From Deltaproteobacteria bacterium (lineage in GTDB: Bacteria > Desulfobacterota > SM23-61), in the NCBI GenBank assembly GCA_016234425.1, contig JACRCA010000114.1, forward strand, positions 1 through 38,027: 38,027 bases of DNA, given 5' to 3'. Below are positions 1 to 8,821 of the stretch, in pieces. The position numbers were made by a program, and so were the translations under genes. Each line of letters begins with the position of its first letter. Within the stretch, counting starts at the first letter, position 1. The notes beneath the pieces were generated by a model that was given only the letters and a program-made list of their open reading frames with translations, ran no database searches and had not been told where the DNA came from.

Positions 1-525
1 AAAAAAGAATTTCACAATGCTTATGGCCATGATAATCCCGACAATGTCCGAGATGACGCAGACCGGAACAAGATACCGCGTTTTTTTAATCCCGACAGCC
101 CCCAGATATACGGCCAGAACATAAAAGGTCGTCTCTGCACTCCCCATGATGACCGCAGAAATCATGCTGGCCAGAGAGTCTGGCCCTGTCGTTTTTACGA
201 TGTCGGTAAACACTCCGAGGGATGCGCTTCCGGATAACGGCTTGATGAGGGATACGGAAATCACTTCTATCGGGACGTGGAGGGCGGCAAAGAGGCCGCG
301 AAACATATCCTTGCTGAAGTCAAAAGCCCCGGAGGCTTGAAATGATTTTACCGCCACAAATATCGCCAGAAGATACGGGAAAATTTTTATAACAACGCCT
401 ATTCCATCTTTGGCGCCTGAGACGAAGCAATCGTACACCCTCACCTTTTTGACAAACCCATATACAACGGTAAGCAGTATAAAAACAGGAATGACAAGTT
501 GGGAAATAAGGTTCACTGTGTTCAT
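1..525 (-). CDS. spmB: SpmB-like nucleoside-recognition (Gate) domain membrane protein; C-terminus cut by window edge
   Basis: Absent from the ORF track because it runs off the window. Manual minus-strand translation from ATG (525-523) gives MNTVNLISQLVIPVFILLTVVYGFVKKVRVYDCFVSGAKDGIGVVIKIFPYLLAIFVAVKSFQASGAFD...MGSAETTFYVLAVYLGAVGIKKTRY, which is hydrophobic and SpmB-like. ATGA start/stop overlap with the upstream spmA-like gene at 522-525. Confidence 0.7.
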   Translation of the reverse strand, partial: MNTVNLISQLVIPVFILLTVVYGFVKKVRVYDCFVSGAKDGIGVVIKIFPYLLAIFVAVKSFQASGAFDFSKDMFRGLFAALHVPIEVISVSLIKPLSGSASLGVFTDIVKTTGPDSLASMISAVIMGSAETTFYVLAVYLGAVGIKKTRYLVPVCVISDIVGIIMAISIVKFFF

Positions 526-1097
526 CTAAAAATTTTCCTGGATACCCAGAGAGCCCCCACAGCGAAAATCGCTGATAGAATCGTTGCCAGAATAGTCGGG
601 ACAACGACGATGGATGGATTCTTGGATCCAAAATCGGAAAGAATACCAATGACGGTAAAAGGAATCAGTTGAATGCTCGCCGTATTAATGACGACGAACA
701 GCATCATCTCAAAGGTTACCGTTTCCACCTCATTATTTAAGGACTGCAGATCCTGCATCGCTTTAATACCCAGGGGGGTGGCGGCATTTCCCAGTCCGAA
801 AAAATTGGCCAAGAAATTAAGCGTTATGGAAGTAACTGCCGGATGGTCCTGGGGGATATTTTTAAACAGCCGGCATACAAAAGGTTCGAAGAACCTGGAA
901 AGCCGATGAATCAGTCCCGAATCTTCAATGATCTTGACAATCCCGAGCCAGAGGGCCACAATGCCGAGTAAGAATAAGGAAACCTCCACCGCGGATTTTG
1001 CGCCATCAAAAATGGATTTAGTGAATTCCTCAAGTCTGCCGTTGACTACGGAGGAGATGACGCTGATCGCGATTAACAAAATCCAGATCGTATTCAT
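522..1097 (-). CDS. spmA: SpmA-like nucleoside-recognition (Gate) domain membrane protein
   Basis: 191-aa polytopic ORF with FFGLGNAATPLGIKAMQDLQ and TASIQLIPFTVIGIL, typical of spore-maturation-protein-A-type Gate domains. ATGA overlap with ldcA stop at 1094-1097. Confidence 0.8.
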   Translation of the reverse strand: MNTIWILLIAISVISSVVNGRLEEFTKSIFDGAKSAVEVSLFLLGIVALWLGIVKIIEDSGLIHRLSRFFEPFVCRLFKNIPQDHPAVTSITLNFLANFFGLGNAATPLGIKAMQDLQSLNNEVETVTFEMMLFVVINTASIQLIPFTVIGILSDFGSKNPSIVVVPTILATILSAIFAVGALWVSRKIFR

Positions 1098-1948
1098 CTG
1101 ATGGTAAGCGATTTTTTAAAGGTGTTCATTTCCGCCATCGCGCCGACCGGCAGCGTAATCTTGTTCTTCCCATGTCCGATATACGAGCAGTGCATCAGGG
1201 GGAAATGAATCTTCATCTGTTTTGCCAAGATCCAGTAGACCTCCTTAATCTTGAGGCCTCTGAAATCGCCCAGGATGAGCCCCTTAATTTTCCTTAACTT
1301 TCCGGTCAATATCCATTGGGTCAGAGATCTATCTACTTTATACAGTTTTTCATCTGCCTCTTCAAAAAATAAAATGGCCCCGTCCGTATCGACTTCCCAC
1401 TCCGTGCCGATAAGAGCTGTCAGGGTGATCAGGTTGCCCCCTTTCAGAGGACCGCGGGCAATTCCGGAGTGGTATACACTCACCGGAACCCTGGCAAACA
1501 GGTTCTTTTCGGGAAAGCCATTGAGGGCATTTAGAAACGATCGGATTGTGAACTTGGAAGGTTCGGAAAAATTTATTGCCATAGGCGAATGAAGAGTAAT
1601 CAGACCTGTTCTCTCATAGATCGCATTGAGCATAGCGCTCAGGTCACTGAAGCCGGCAAAGATTTTTGGATTTCTCTTAATCAGGTTAAAATCCAGATAG
1701 GGAAGAAGTTTCATGCAGCTATATCCGCCTCGTTGGGCAAGTATTACCTCAATTCTTCTATTTAAAAAGGCGGTATGTATTTGCTTAACCTTTCCGCTGA
1801 TGGATGGCATTTTTGTGACCAAGCTCCGGTTCATAACCTTAAATCCCAGCCGCTCAAGATTTTTTATGCCATCAATGAAATCTTTTCTTTTTTTAACAAG
1901 CCAGCTTGGCGTTATCGTATATACAACTTTCAGAACAATTCTCCTCAT
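1094..1948 (-). CDS. ldcA: LD-carboxypeptidase (peptidase S66, muramoyltetrapeptide carboxypeptidase-like)
   Basis: 284 aa. GFSDLSAM nucleophile-Ser motif, LFFEEADE acidic motif and a C-terminal H (IGHG) match the S66 Ser-Glu-His layout. Confidence 0.85.
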   Translation of the reverse strand: MRRIVLKVVYTITPSWLVKKRKDFIDGIKNLERLGFKVMNRSLVTKMPSISGKVKQIHTAFLNRRIEVILAQRGGYSCMKLLPYLDFNLIKRNPKIFAGFSDLSAMLNAIYERTGLITLHSPMAINFSEPSKFTIRSFLNALNGFPEKNLFARVPVSVYHSGIARGPLKGGNLITLTALIGTEWEVDTDGAILFFEEADEKLYKVDRSLTQWILTGKLRKIKGLILGDFRGLKIKEVYWILAKQMKIHFPLMHCSYIGHGKNKITLPVGAMAEMNTFKKSLTIR

Positions 1949-2258
1949 CCATATTTCTTATTTCCGAGTATTTCTGCGATACTCTACTTCCCTGGTGGGA
2001 CATAGGCTTCCGTTTCCACGTGGGGCTATTCGCTGAAGAAACCTGGAGCTTGTATAATTTTTGCCACTTTCTGAGCTTATTATTAGGGGCATCTGGAGTC
2101 AAGAAATAAATTTTAAATTGTTCCTTGGTATTCGTAGGCTTATTCCTCTTTATTCCCCTTTAGAAAACAAATCAATTCCGTGATAGCAATTAGAAATATG
2201 CCAATTGCCATTTTTCTTCAAATAAACTATTTTTAGGTTATCCATCTATAAATGGTTC

Positions 2259-5200
2259 TTGCGCGAAAAAGCACAGGAGGTAGGGAACATCCCTCTCAGT
2301 CCGATCCTTGTTGAAGGGGCCCGGCAGAACAATCTCAAGTGTGTCTCCGTCCATGTCCCGGTCGGCGCGGTAACCGTTGTAACGGGCGTGGCTGGCGCCG
2401 GCAAGTCCTCCCTCGCCTTCGACGTCCTCTACGCTGAGGGATACCGTCGATATGTCGAGACCTTCTCCCCCTATGCCCGCCAGTTTCTCGAGCGACTGGA
2501 TCGTCCCGACGCCGATCGAATCGAGGATGTGCTGCCAGCGGTGGCGATCGGACGGACTGCACCTATCCGCACTTCCCGCTCGACCGTCGGAACGATGACC
2601 TCCATCGATGATTACCTCCGTCCACTTTACGCGCGGGCATCCGTGCTTCACTGTGAAGGCTGCGGCCAGCCCGTCCAGCGCCATTCCCCTTCCTCGATCT
2701 TCCAGGCCCTCTCGTTATCGGCGACAGGGAAGAAAGTGCTCATCTGTTTCACTCGCCAGGTTGGTCGAGTGAGTGCCGCCGCCCTCCGAGAAATCTGCCG
2801 GCAAGCCGGGTTTTCCCGCGTGCTGGAAGAGGGAGAAGGGGTCCCGCTCGAGGAGGCTAAGCTGCCTTCTGAGGGTGGTGCGATTACAGTGGTCCTCGAC
2901 CGGATCCCCATCGATCCAGATCGCCGCCGTCGGATCATCGACTCCCTGGAATCGGCCCTCCGCTTCGGTGGGGGTCGCATGGAGGTGTGGATCGAAGGTG
3001 AAGAAGAGCCAATGCGCTTCAGTGAGAAGCTCCAATGTGCTCAGTGCAACATTAACTATGTCGATCCCACACCGGCCCTCTTCTCCTTTAACAATCCCCT
3101 CGGCGCCTGTGAGACCTGCAATGGGTTCGGCCGGATCATCGATATTGACCCTGATCTGGTGGTTCCTGACCCCGACGTCAGCATCGCCGAGGGTTGCATA
3201 AAACCCTTCCAGACTCCCGCCTACAGCGGATGTCAGGACGATCTGTTGGGCTTTCTACGCCGGCGAAGGATCCCGGCTGACACGCCTTGGCGCGAACTCG
3301 ATGAGGCAGTTCGACGGGTGATCTGGGAAGGCGAGCCAGATGGACCTTGGTATGGGGTTAGTGGACTCTTCGACTGGTTGAAGGGGCGCCGCTATCGCAA
3401 GCAGGCCCGTATTTTTCTGGCCCGTTACCGACGCTATCTCACTTGCCCCGATTGTGGGGGTGGCAGAATTAAGGCCGCAGCGCTTCTCTTTCGCCTGGGA
3501 GGCAAGACCTTACCCGAGGCGGAGAGGATGGCGATCTCCGAGGCCGAGCCGTTCTTTCGCCATTGGTCGGCGCCCATGGGGGATCGGGCGACAGAACTCC
3601 TTCTGAGCGAAATTCGCGGGCGACTTCGGTTTCTCCTGGATGTGGGGCTGGGCTACCTATCTCTGGCACGCATGTCGCGAACCCTTTCAGGGGGTGAGAC
3701 CCAGCGGGTTACGCTCGCCACTGCCCTGGGAGCGTCCCTGACCAGCACGCTCTATGTACTTGACGAGCCCTCCGTCGGTCTCCATCCACGCGACAAAGAG
3801 CAATTGGCCAGGGTGCTGCGGAAACTGGCGGCAGCCGGAAATGCCATAGTGGTCGTGGAGCACGACCCCATCTTCATCCGCGCGGCGGATCGAGTGATCG
3901 ACCTCGGCCCAGGCCCCGGGCGGGATGGAGGCAAGGTGGTCCACCAAGGCACTGTCGCCGGGCTATTGCGCCGGGGAGATTCTCAGACCGCAGCCTATCT
4001 AAGGGGAGAACTACGCATCGCCAGGCCTCCTGAAGACCATGAACGCAGTCCGCACGAGTTGTGGGTCATCGGTGCCCGGGAAAACAACTTGAAGGATCTG
4101 ACTGTCAGCATTCCGTTGGGCCTAGTGGTATGTGTAACCGGAGTGAGCGGATCGGGCAAGTCGACGCTAATCGACCAAGTTCTTTACCGGAATATCCGCC
4201 GCCAGATGGGGCTCCAGGCGATGGAGCCCGGAGCCTGCAGGACCATCGAGGGCGTAGAGCACCTGTCGGACGCCGTCCTCATCGATCAATCTCCCTTAAG
4301 CCGCAGCTCCCGCATGAGTGCAGCCACCTACATGCAGGTTCTTGACCCATTGCGCACGGCCTTCGCGAGCACCCGACAAGCCCGGGCTTTGGGTCTCGGC
4401 CGTTCCGCGTTTTCCTTCAATTCCTCCGCCGGTGCCTGCCCTCACTGCAAGGGTTCCGGATACGAAAGAGTGGAGTTGCAGTTCCTGCCAGATGTGTACA
4501 TCCGGTGCCCTGGCTGTGATGGCCAGCGCTTCCGTCCCGACGTGTTGGAGGTTCGAATCCGGGGCTACAACATCGCCGAGGTGTTGTCCCTTCCCGCTGG
4601 GGAGGTGGCCAGACTGTTCAGCGACGACGAGGACATCGTGGGGGCCCTCCGGCCGCTTCTGGACATCGGGCTGGGGTATCTGTCCCTCTCCCAATCCGCC
4701 CCCACCCTCTCCGGGGGAGAAGCCCAGCGACTCAAGCTCGCCAGGCACCTAGCTGAGGCGCGCAAGGTACAGAACCTCCTCTTCATTTTAGACGAGCCGA
4801 CCACCGGGCTCCATCCAGCCAACATCTCCGAATTGGTAAGCGCGCTCCACCATCTGGTGCGGGCAGGCCATTCAGTGGTAATGGTCGAACATGATATGGA
4901 CGTTGCCCGGGCTGCCGATTGGATCATCGATCTCGGCCCGGAAGGCGGAGAACAGGGAGGGCGGGTCGTGGGCCAAGGCCTACCCGATGAGATCGCCAAA
5001 CTTGACACGCCCACCGGCTATGCGCTACGGAAAGCGGTCATCTGGTCGCTACGGGACGATCAGACGGCCCGTACTCGCTCGATCCGTCCAGGGCGTCCTT
5101 CTCCCCGAAATCGGGACATCCGCATCGTGGGAGCGCGAGAGCATAATCTGGACAACCTGCGGGTGAAGCTTCCGCGTAACCGCTTCATTGCGGTCACGGG

Positions 5201-7601
5201 GGTAAGCGGCTCGGGTAAATCCACCTTAGCTTTCGATGTGTTGTACACTGAAGGGCGCAGGCGATTTCTCGACTGCCTGCCCGCCTATGCCCGCCAGTAT
5301 ACCCCACCTCTGGCACGACCGGAAGTGGACCGCATCGAAGGAATTCCGCCTACCGTGGCCCTCGAGCAAAAGATGTCCCGGGCCGGGGCTATGTCCACAG
5401 CTGGTACCGCCTCGGAGGTCTACCATTATTTCCGGTTGCTCTTCGCCTCGCTGGGGGTACCGCACTGTCCGAAATGCGGCATTCCTGGAGAAGCCATTGA
5501 CGCCACCAGAATTATCGAACGAATCGTGGAACATTTCGCCGGCCAGGAAGTTATGATCCTGGCGCCTCTGATTCGGAAACGAAAGGGACATCACCGCGAG
5601 GTCATTGAGAGAGCAGCCAAGCATGGGTTCGATCAGGTACGCATCGATGGAAAAATCTACTCTACGGGGAAACCCCCGCGCCTTGACCGCTACAAGGTCC
5701 ACGACGTCGAGGTCGTAGTGGCCAGAAAAGAAGTTCAAGGTGGGCAGCGCGATGATTTTCGCTCCGCCGTGGAGCGAGGTCTGGCGGTTGGTGGCGGCAT
5801 GGTGATTGCGTCAGTGCCAGGCCGAGGAGAAGACCGGTTCTATTCTACCCGCCAGGCCTGCCCCGAGTGCGGCTCGGGTCTGCCCGTGCCCGACCCGAGG
5901 CTCTTTACCTGGAGCCAGAGGTTTGGGGCGTGCTCCCTGTGCGAAGGATCTGGCGTTGCCTGGTCGGTGGCGGAAGAGAAAAGTGAGCCTCCCCCGTGCC
6001 GGGAATGTGGTGGGACGAGACTCCGCCCGGAGGCCCTGGCAGTTCGGATTAACAACTGGAACATTGGCGATGTTGCCCGTCTGCCGATCCAGGATGCCCG
6101 AGCATGGGTGCAAAATCTCGGACCGATGCGGGAAGAGGTGGGCCAGCGCATAATCCCAGAACTTTTGAGTCGTCTAACTCTGCTCGACAAATTGGGCGTT
6201 GGCTACCTGACCTTGGATCGAGCTACCAACACCCTCGCCACCGGCGAGGCCCAGCGAATCCGGATCGCCGCGGAGCTGGCGTCAAACTTGCGGGGCGTAT
6301 GCTACGTCTTGGACGAGCCGACGGTAGGGCTTCATCCCGGAGATGTGGAAGCGCTTTTGCAGGCCCTCCTCCAACTGCGGGATCGAGGAAACACCGTAGT
6401 CGTGGTGGAGCACGAAGAGCCAGTCATTAGGTCCGCTGACTACGTGATCGATATAGGCCCAGGGGCCGGCTTTTCCGGCGGGCGGTTGGTAAAAACGGGC
6501 CCTCCTCGAGCCATTGAACGTTCGAAGAGATCCGTCACAGGACTTTGGTTGCGGGGTGAGGGGCAACCACCGTCCTGGGTCAGGCGCCCCCTCGCCGGCT
6601 GTGAGCGAATGGAGGTAGTGGGCGCGCGTCTCCACAACCTGCAAAATGTGACTGTGGAACTGCCGCTCGGGCGGCTGGTGGCCGTAACCGGGGCAAGTGG
6701 GTCGGGCAAATCCACTCTAATCCGAGACGTGGTGTACCGCGCCCTGAAGGCGAAGCTTTCCGGCCGCCCGCTACCACCGGTTCTCGAGGACCTGGGGGGG
6801 TGGGAATCGGTTAGCAGAGCCAAAGAGGTGGATGAGTCTCCCATAGGGCGCACCCCGCGCTCAGTTCCAGCGACCTACGTGGGAGTCATGGATTCCATCC
6901 GGGACATCTTTGCTCATACGCCGGACGCGCGGGCCCGTGGTTACGGTGCCGGTCGCTTTTCCTTCAATGTGGCCGGCGGCCGATGTGAGCGATGCCAGGG
7001 GCACGGGCGCCACCGAGTGGAGATGCCGCTCCTGCCCGTAGTATACATCCCATGTGAAGTGTGCGGGGAGAGCCGCTACAACCCGGACACCCTCGCCGTT
7101 ACCTTCAAAGGCAAATCGATCGCGGATGTCCTGGCAATGACAGTAGACGAGGCCTGGGATCTCTTCGAAGCTTTCCCCCAGGTGGTGCGTCCGCTGAAGT
7201 TCTTGTCGGAGATTGGCCTGGGCTACATCCAACTCGGTCAGCCGAGCCCGACCCTATCTGGCGGCGAAGCGCAGCGGGTCAAACTGGCGGCGGAGATGGC
7301 CATAAGTGGAAATGGTCGATCGTTCTACGTCCTGGATGAGCCGACAACCGGCCTCCATATGGCGGACGTGGCCAAGCTGGTCTCGGTGCTGCAACATTTG
7401 GTCAATCGGGGCGATACGGTTGTGGTCATCGAGCACGACCTGCACGTAGTTGCAGCTGCGGACTGCCTCATCGACTTGGGACCCGGGGGGGGCAAGGAGG
7501 GAGGTTGCGTTGTGGCCTGGGGACCTCCCGAAGAAGTAGCTCGATCCCAGCATTCGCGCACCGCCTTCTACCTCAGAAAATACCTACAGCAACATCGTTG
7601 A
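2259..7601 (+). CDS. UvrA-family protein, tandem head-to-tail duplication (four ABC ATPase modules, 1780 aa)
   Basis: Four Walker A motifs (GVAGAGKS, GVSGSGKS, GVSGSGKS, GASGSGKS). Four signature motifs (LSGGETQR, LSGGEAQR, LATGEAQR, LSGGEAQR). Four LDEPxxGLH Walker B motifs. Repeated CxxC zinc knuckles. N-terminus LVEGARQNNLK...VVTGVAGAGKSSLAFDVLYAEGYRRYVETFSPYARQF is classic UvrA. The second unit starts near 5110 (IRIVGAREHNLDNL). The start is uncertain: TTG at 2259 has no clear SD. Confidence 0.9.
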   Translation: MREKAQEVGNIPLSPILVEGARQNNLKCVSVHVPVGAVTVVTGVAGAGKSSLAFDVLYAEGYRRYVETFSPYARQFLERLDRPDADRIEDVLPAVAIGRTAPIRTSRSTVGTMTSIDDYLRPLYARASVLHCEGCGQPVQRHSPSSIFQALSLSATGKKVLICFTRQVGRVSAAALREICRQAGFSRVLEEGEGVPLEEAKLPSEGGAITVVLDRIPIDPDRRRRIIDSLESALRFGGGRMEVWIEGEEEPMRFSEKLQCAQCNINYVDPTPALFSFNNPLGACETCNGFGRIIDIDPDLVVPDPDVSIAEGCIKPFQTPAYSGCQDDLLGFLRRRRIPADTPWRELDEAVRRVIWEGEPDGPWYGVSGLFDWLKGRRYRKQARIFLARYRRYLTCPDCGGGRIKAAALLFRLGGKTLPEAERMAISEAEPFFRHWSAPMGDRATELLLSEIRGRLRFLLDVGLGYLSLARMSRTLSGGETQRVTLATALGASLTSTLYVLDEPSVGLHPRDKEQLARVLRKLAAAGNAIVVVEHDPIFIRAADRVIDLGPGPGRDGGKVVHQGTVAGLLRRGDSQTAAYLRGELRIARPPEDHERSPHELWVIGARENNLKDLTVSIPLGLVVCVTGVSGSGKSTLIDQVLYRNIRRQMGLQAMEPGACRTIEGVEHLSDAVLIDQSPLSRSSRMSAATYMQVLDPLRTAFASTRQARALGLGRSAFSFNSSAGACPHCKGSGYERVELQFLPDVYIRCPGCDGQRFRPDVLEVRIRGYNIAEVLSLPAGEVARLFSDDEDIVGALRPLLDIGLGYLSLSQSAPTLSGGEAQRLKLARHLAEARKVQNLLFILDEPTTGLHPANISELVSALHHLVRAGHSVVMVEHDMDVARAADWIIDLGPEGGEQGGRVVGQGLPDEIAKLDTPTGYALRKAVIWSLRDDQTARTRSIRPGRPSPRNRDIRIVGAREHNLDNLRVKLPRNRFIAVTGVSGSGKSTLAFDVLYTEGRRRFLDCLPAYARQYTPPLARPEVDRIEGIPPTVALEQKMSRAGAMSTAGTASEVYHYFRLLFASLGVPHCPKCGIPGEAIDATRIIERIVEHFAGQEVMILAPLIRKRKGHHREVIERAAKHGFDQVRIDGKIYSTGKPPRLDRYKVHDVEVVVARKEVQGGQRDDFRSAVERGLAVGGGMVIASVPGRGEDRFYSTRQACPECGSGLPVPDPRLFTWSQRFGACSLCEGSGVAWSVAEEKSEPPPCRECGGTRLRPEALAVRINNWNIGDVARLPIQDARAWVQNLGPMREEVGQRIIPELLSRLTLLDKLGVGYLTLDRATNTLATGEAQRIRIAAELASNLRGVCYVLDEPTVGLHPGDVEALLQALLQLRDRGNTVVVVEHEEPVIRSADYVIDIGPGAGFSGGRLVKTGPPRAIERSKRSVTGLWLRGEGQPPSWVRRPLAGCERMEVVGARLHNLQNVTVELPLGRLVAVTGASGSGKSTLIRDVVYRALKAKLSGRPLPPVLEDLGGWESVSRAKEVDESPIGRTPRSVPATYVGVMDSIRDIFAHTPDARARGYGAGRFSFNVAGGRCERCQGHGRHRVEMPLLPVVYIPCEVCGESRYNPDTLAVTFKGKSIADVLAMTVDEAWDLFEAFPQVVRPLKFLSEIGLGYIQLGQPSPTLSGGEAQRVKLAAEMAISGNGRSFYVLDEPTTGLHMADVAKLVSVLQHLVNRGDTVVVIEHDLHVVAAADCLIDLGPGGGKEGGCVVAWGPPEEVARSQHSRTAFYLRKYLQQHR

Positions 7602-7705
7602 GTCCCCTGGAGCCCGGTAGATGATACCCTGGCGGAAAGAGATGCACGGATCCGTTGAATTTTCGATCAGCCCATACTTCCAGGAGAAAAAAGGAGGATG
7701 GAATC

Positions 7706-8128
7706 ATGCTTTCGAGGGAGGAGATCAAAAAGGTACTAACGCGATGGAACCAGGCCTGGAACAAACATAACCTCGAGGGAGTGATGGAGCTTTTCCACGA
7801 GGAAATTATATTCGAAAACTGGACGGGGGCCAGGGTGCAGGGCAAACAGGCTTTATACCAGGCATGGAAGCCCTGGTTTGAGAATCACGGAGGCTTTCGT
7901 TTCATCAGAGAGGATACTTTTATCGATGAGGCCCAGCAGAAAGTCCTATTCCAATGGCAGCTCGAGTGGCCCTCCAATGAAAAAGGGTATGCCGGAAAGT
8001 ACGAGCGCAGGCGAGGACTCGATGTCCTTCATTTCCGAGACGGAAAGATCATCAAGAAAAGCACCTATTCTAAGACCACCGTAGAGATAGAAGGGAGAAG
8101 GGTCAAGCTTTTAGCTGAGGTAGGATAA
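7706..8128 (+). CDS. SnoaL-like / NTF2-fold small protein
   Basis: The ORF track gives 7655, but ATG at 7706 follows AAGGAGG (7691-7697). The sequence MLSREEIKKVLTRWNQAWNKHNLEGVMELFHEEIIFENW...LDVLHFRDGKIIK has the SnoaL/NTF2-like pattern. Confidence 0.55.
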   Translation: MLSREEIKKVLTRWNQAWNKHNLEGVMELFHEEIIFENWTGARVQGKQALYQAWKPWFENHGGFRFIREDTFIDEAQQKVLFQWQLEWPSNEKGYAGKYERRRGLDVLHFRDGKIIKKSTYSKTTVEIEGRRVKLLAEVG

Positions 8129-8181
8129 TCTTCCTTGCCTCTACCAGCAGTAAGCGGAAATCAAGAAAGTAGGCTTATTCG

Positions 8182-8811
8182 TCACCTAATAAAAGGATTG
8201 TGGAGACGCTCGTTTTTAATGGTCGAAGTAGGAGCATATCCATAATTGTGGCCGGGATAAACAATGGTCTCATCTGGAAGGGTTAGAAGTTTGGTCTTAA
8301 TCGAATGGAGCATGAGCGACCAGGAGCCTCCAGGTAGATCAGTCCGGCCCACACCCCCCACGAATAAGGTATCCCCAGTAAAAACCATATTGTCCAGGTG
8401 GAGGCAGATCCCTCCAGGAGAGTGACCTGGGGTATGAAGGACTTTGAGGGCCGAGGCTCCTACCCGAATCAAATCTCCGTCCTTGACCGTCTGATCTGCT
8501 GGGGGAGAAGGCTGGCCCCCGAACATGGAGAGCATACTTCGGGGAATGCGCGTGAGCAAAGGGGCATCTTCCTCATGAATGATGATCTTGGCCCCGGTTT
8601 TCCTTTTCATTTCTTCATTGCCCATGACGTGGTCCACATGAGCATGGGTATTCAAAATGCATTGGATAACGATTCCATACTGATCGGCGAGCGAGATGAT
8701 CTCATCGACATGGTCAGCAGGGTCGATGACCAAACCATCCCCTCCTTCTTCTCCGCCGAGTAGATAGGCAAAAACAGAAAAATTTCCGACCTCGAGTTGT
8801 TTCAGGAACAT
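8182..8811 (-). CDS. MBL-fold metallo-hydrolase (glyoxalase II-like)
   Basis: THAHVDHV metal motif, HTPGHSPG and FTGDTLFVGGVGRTD, 209 aa. Confidence 0.85.
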   Translation of the reverse strand: MFLKQLEVGNFSVFAYLLGGEEGGDGLVIDPADHVDEIISLADQYGIVIQCILNTHAHVDHVMGNEEMKRKTGAKIIIHEEDAPLLTRIPRSMLSMFGGQPSPPADQTVKDGDLIRVGASALKVLHTPGHSPGGICLHLDNMVFTGDTLFVGGVGRTDLPGGSWSLMLHSIKTKLLTLPDETIVYPGHNYGYAPTSTIKNERLHNPFIR

Positions 8812-8821
8812 CTTTCTTCAC

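Noticed and set aside
320-649. 109-aa minus-strand ORF spanning the spmA/spmB junction
   Set aside because: It is in an alternative frame to two overlapping, motif-supported membrane-protein genes, and its composition is Cys/Trp/Arg-rich and implausible.
1949-2258. Search for mobile-element boundaries (direct repeats, att-like sites, integrase) around the GC-rich UvrA island, also checked at 7602-7705
   Set aside because: Only a short 6-bp inverted repeat (GCAATT...AATTGC near 2185-2210) was found. There are no matching direct repeats at the two borders and no recombinase gene, so the island is reported on compositional grounds only.
4550-4560. GGTTCGAATCC, a tRNA T-arm-like motif
   Set aside because: It lies in-frame inside the UvrA-like CDS (LEVRIRG). 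No acceptor or anticodon stems can be built around it.
2238-7561. Many 60-170-aa ORFs on both strands inside the UvrA-like gene (for example 2238-2684, 4296-4748, 4565-5014 and 5226-5738 on the minus strand, and 2773-3201 and 4318-4752 on the plus strand)
   Set aside because: They are Arg/Pro/Gly/Ala-rich translations typical of off-frame reading of high-GC coding DNA. All lie fully within a 1780-aa ORF with unambiguous UvrA motifs.
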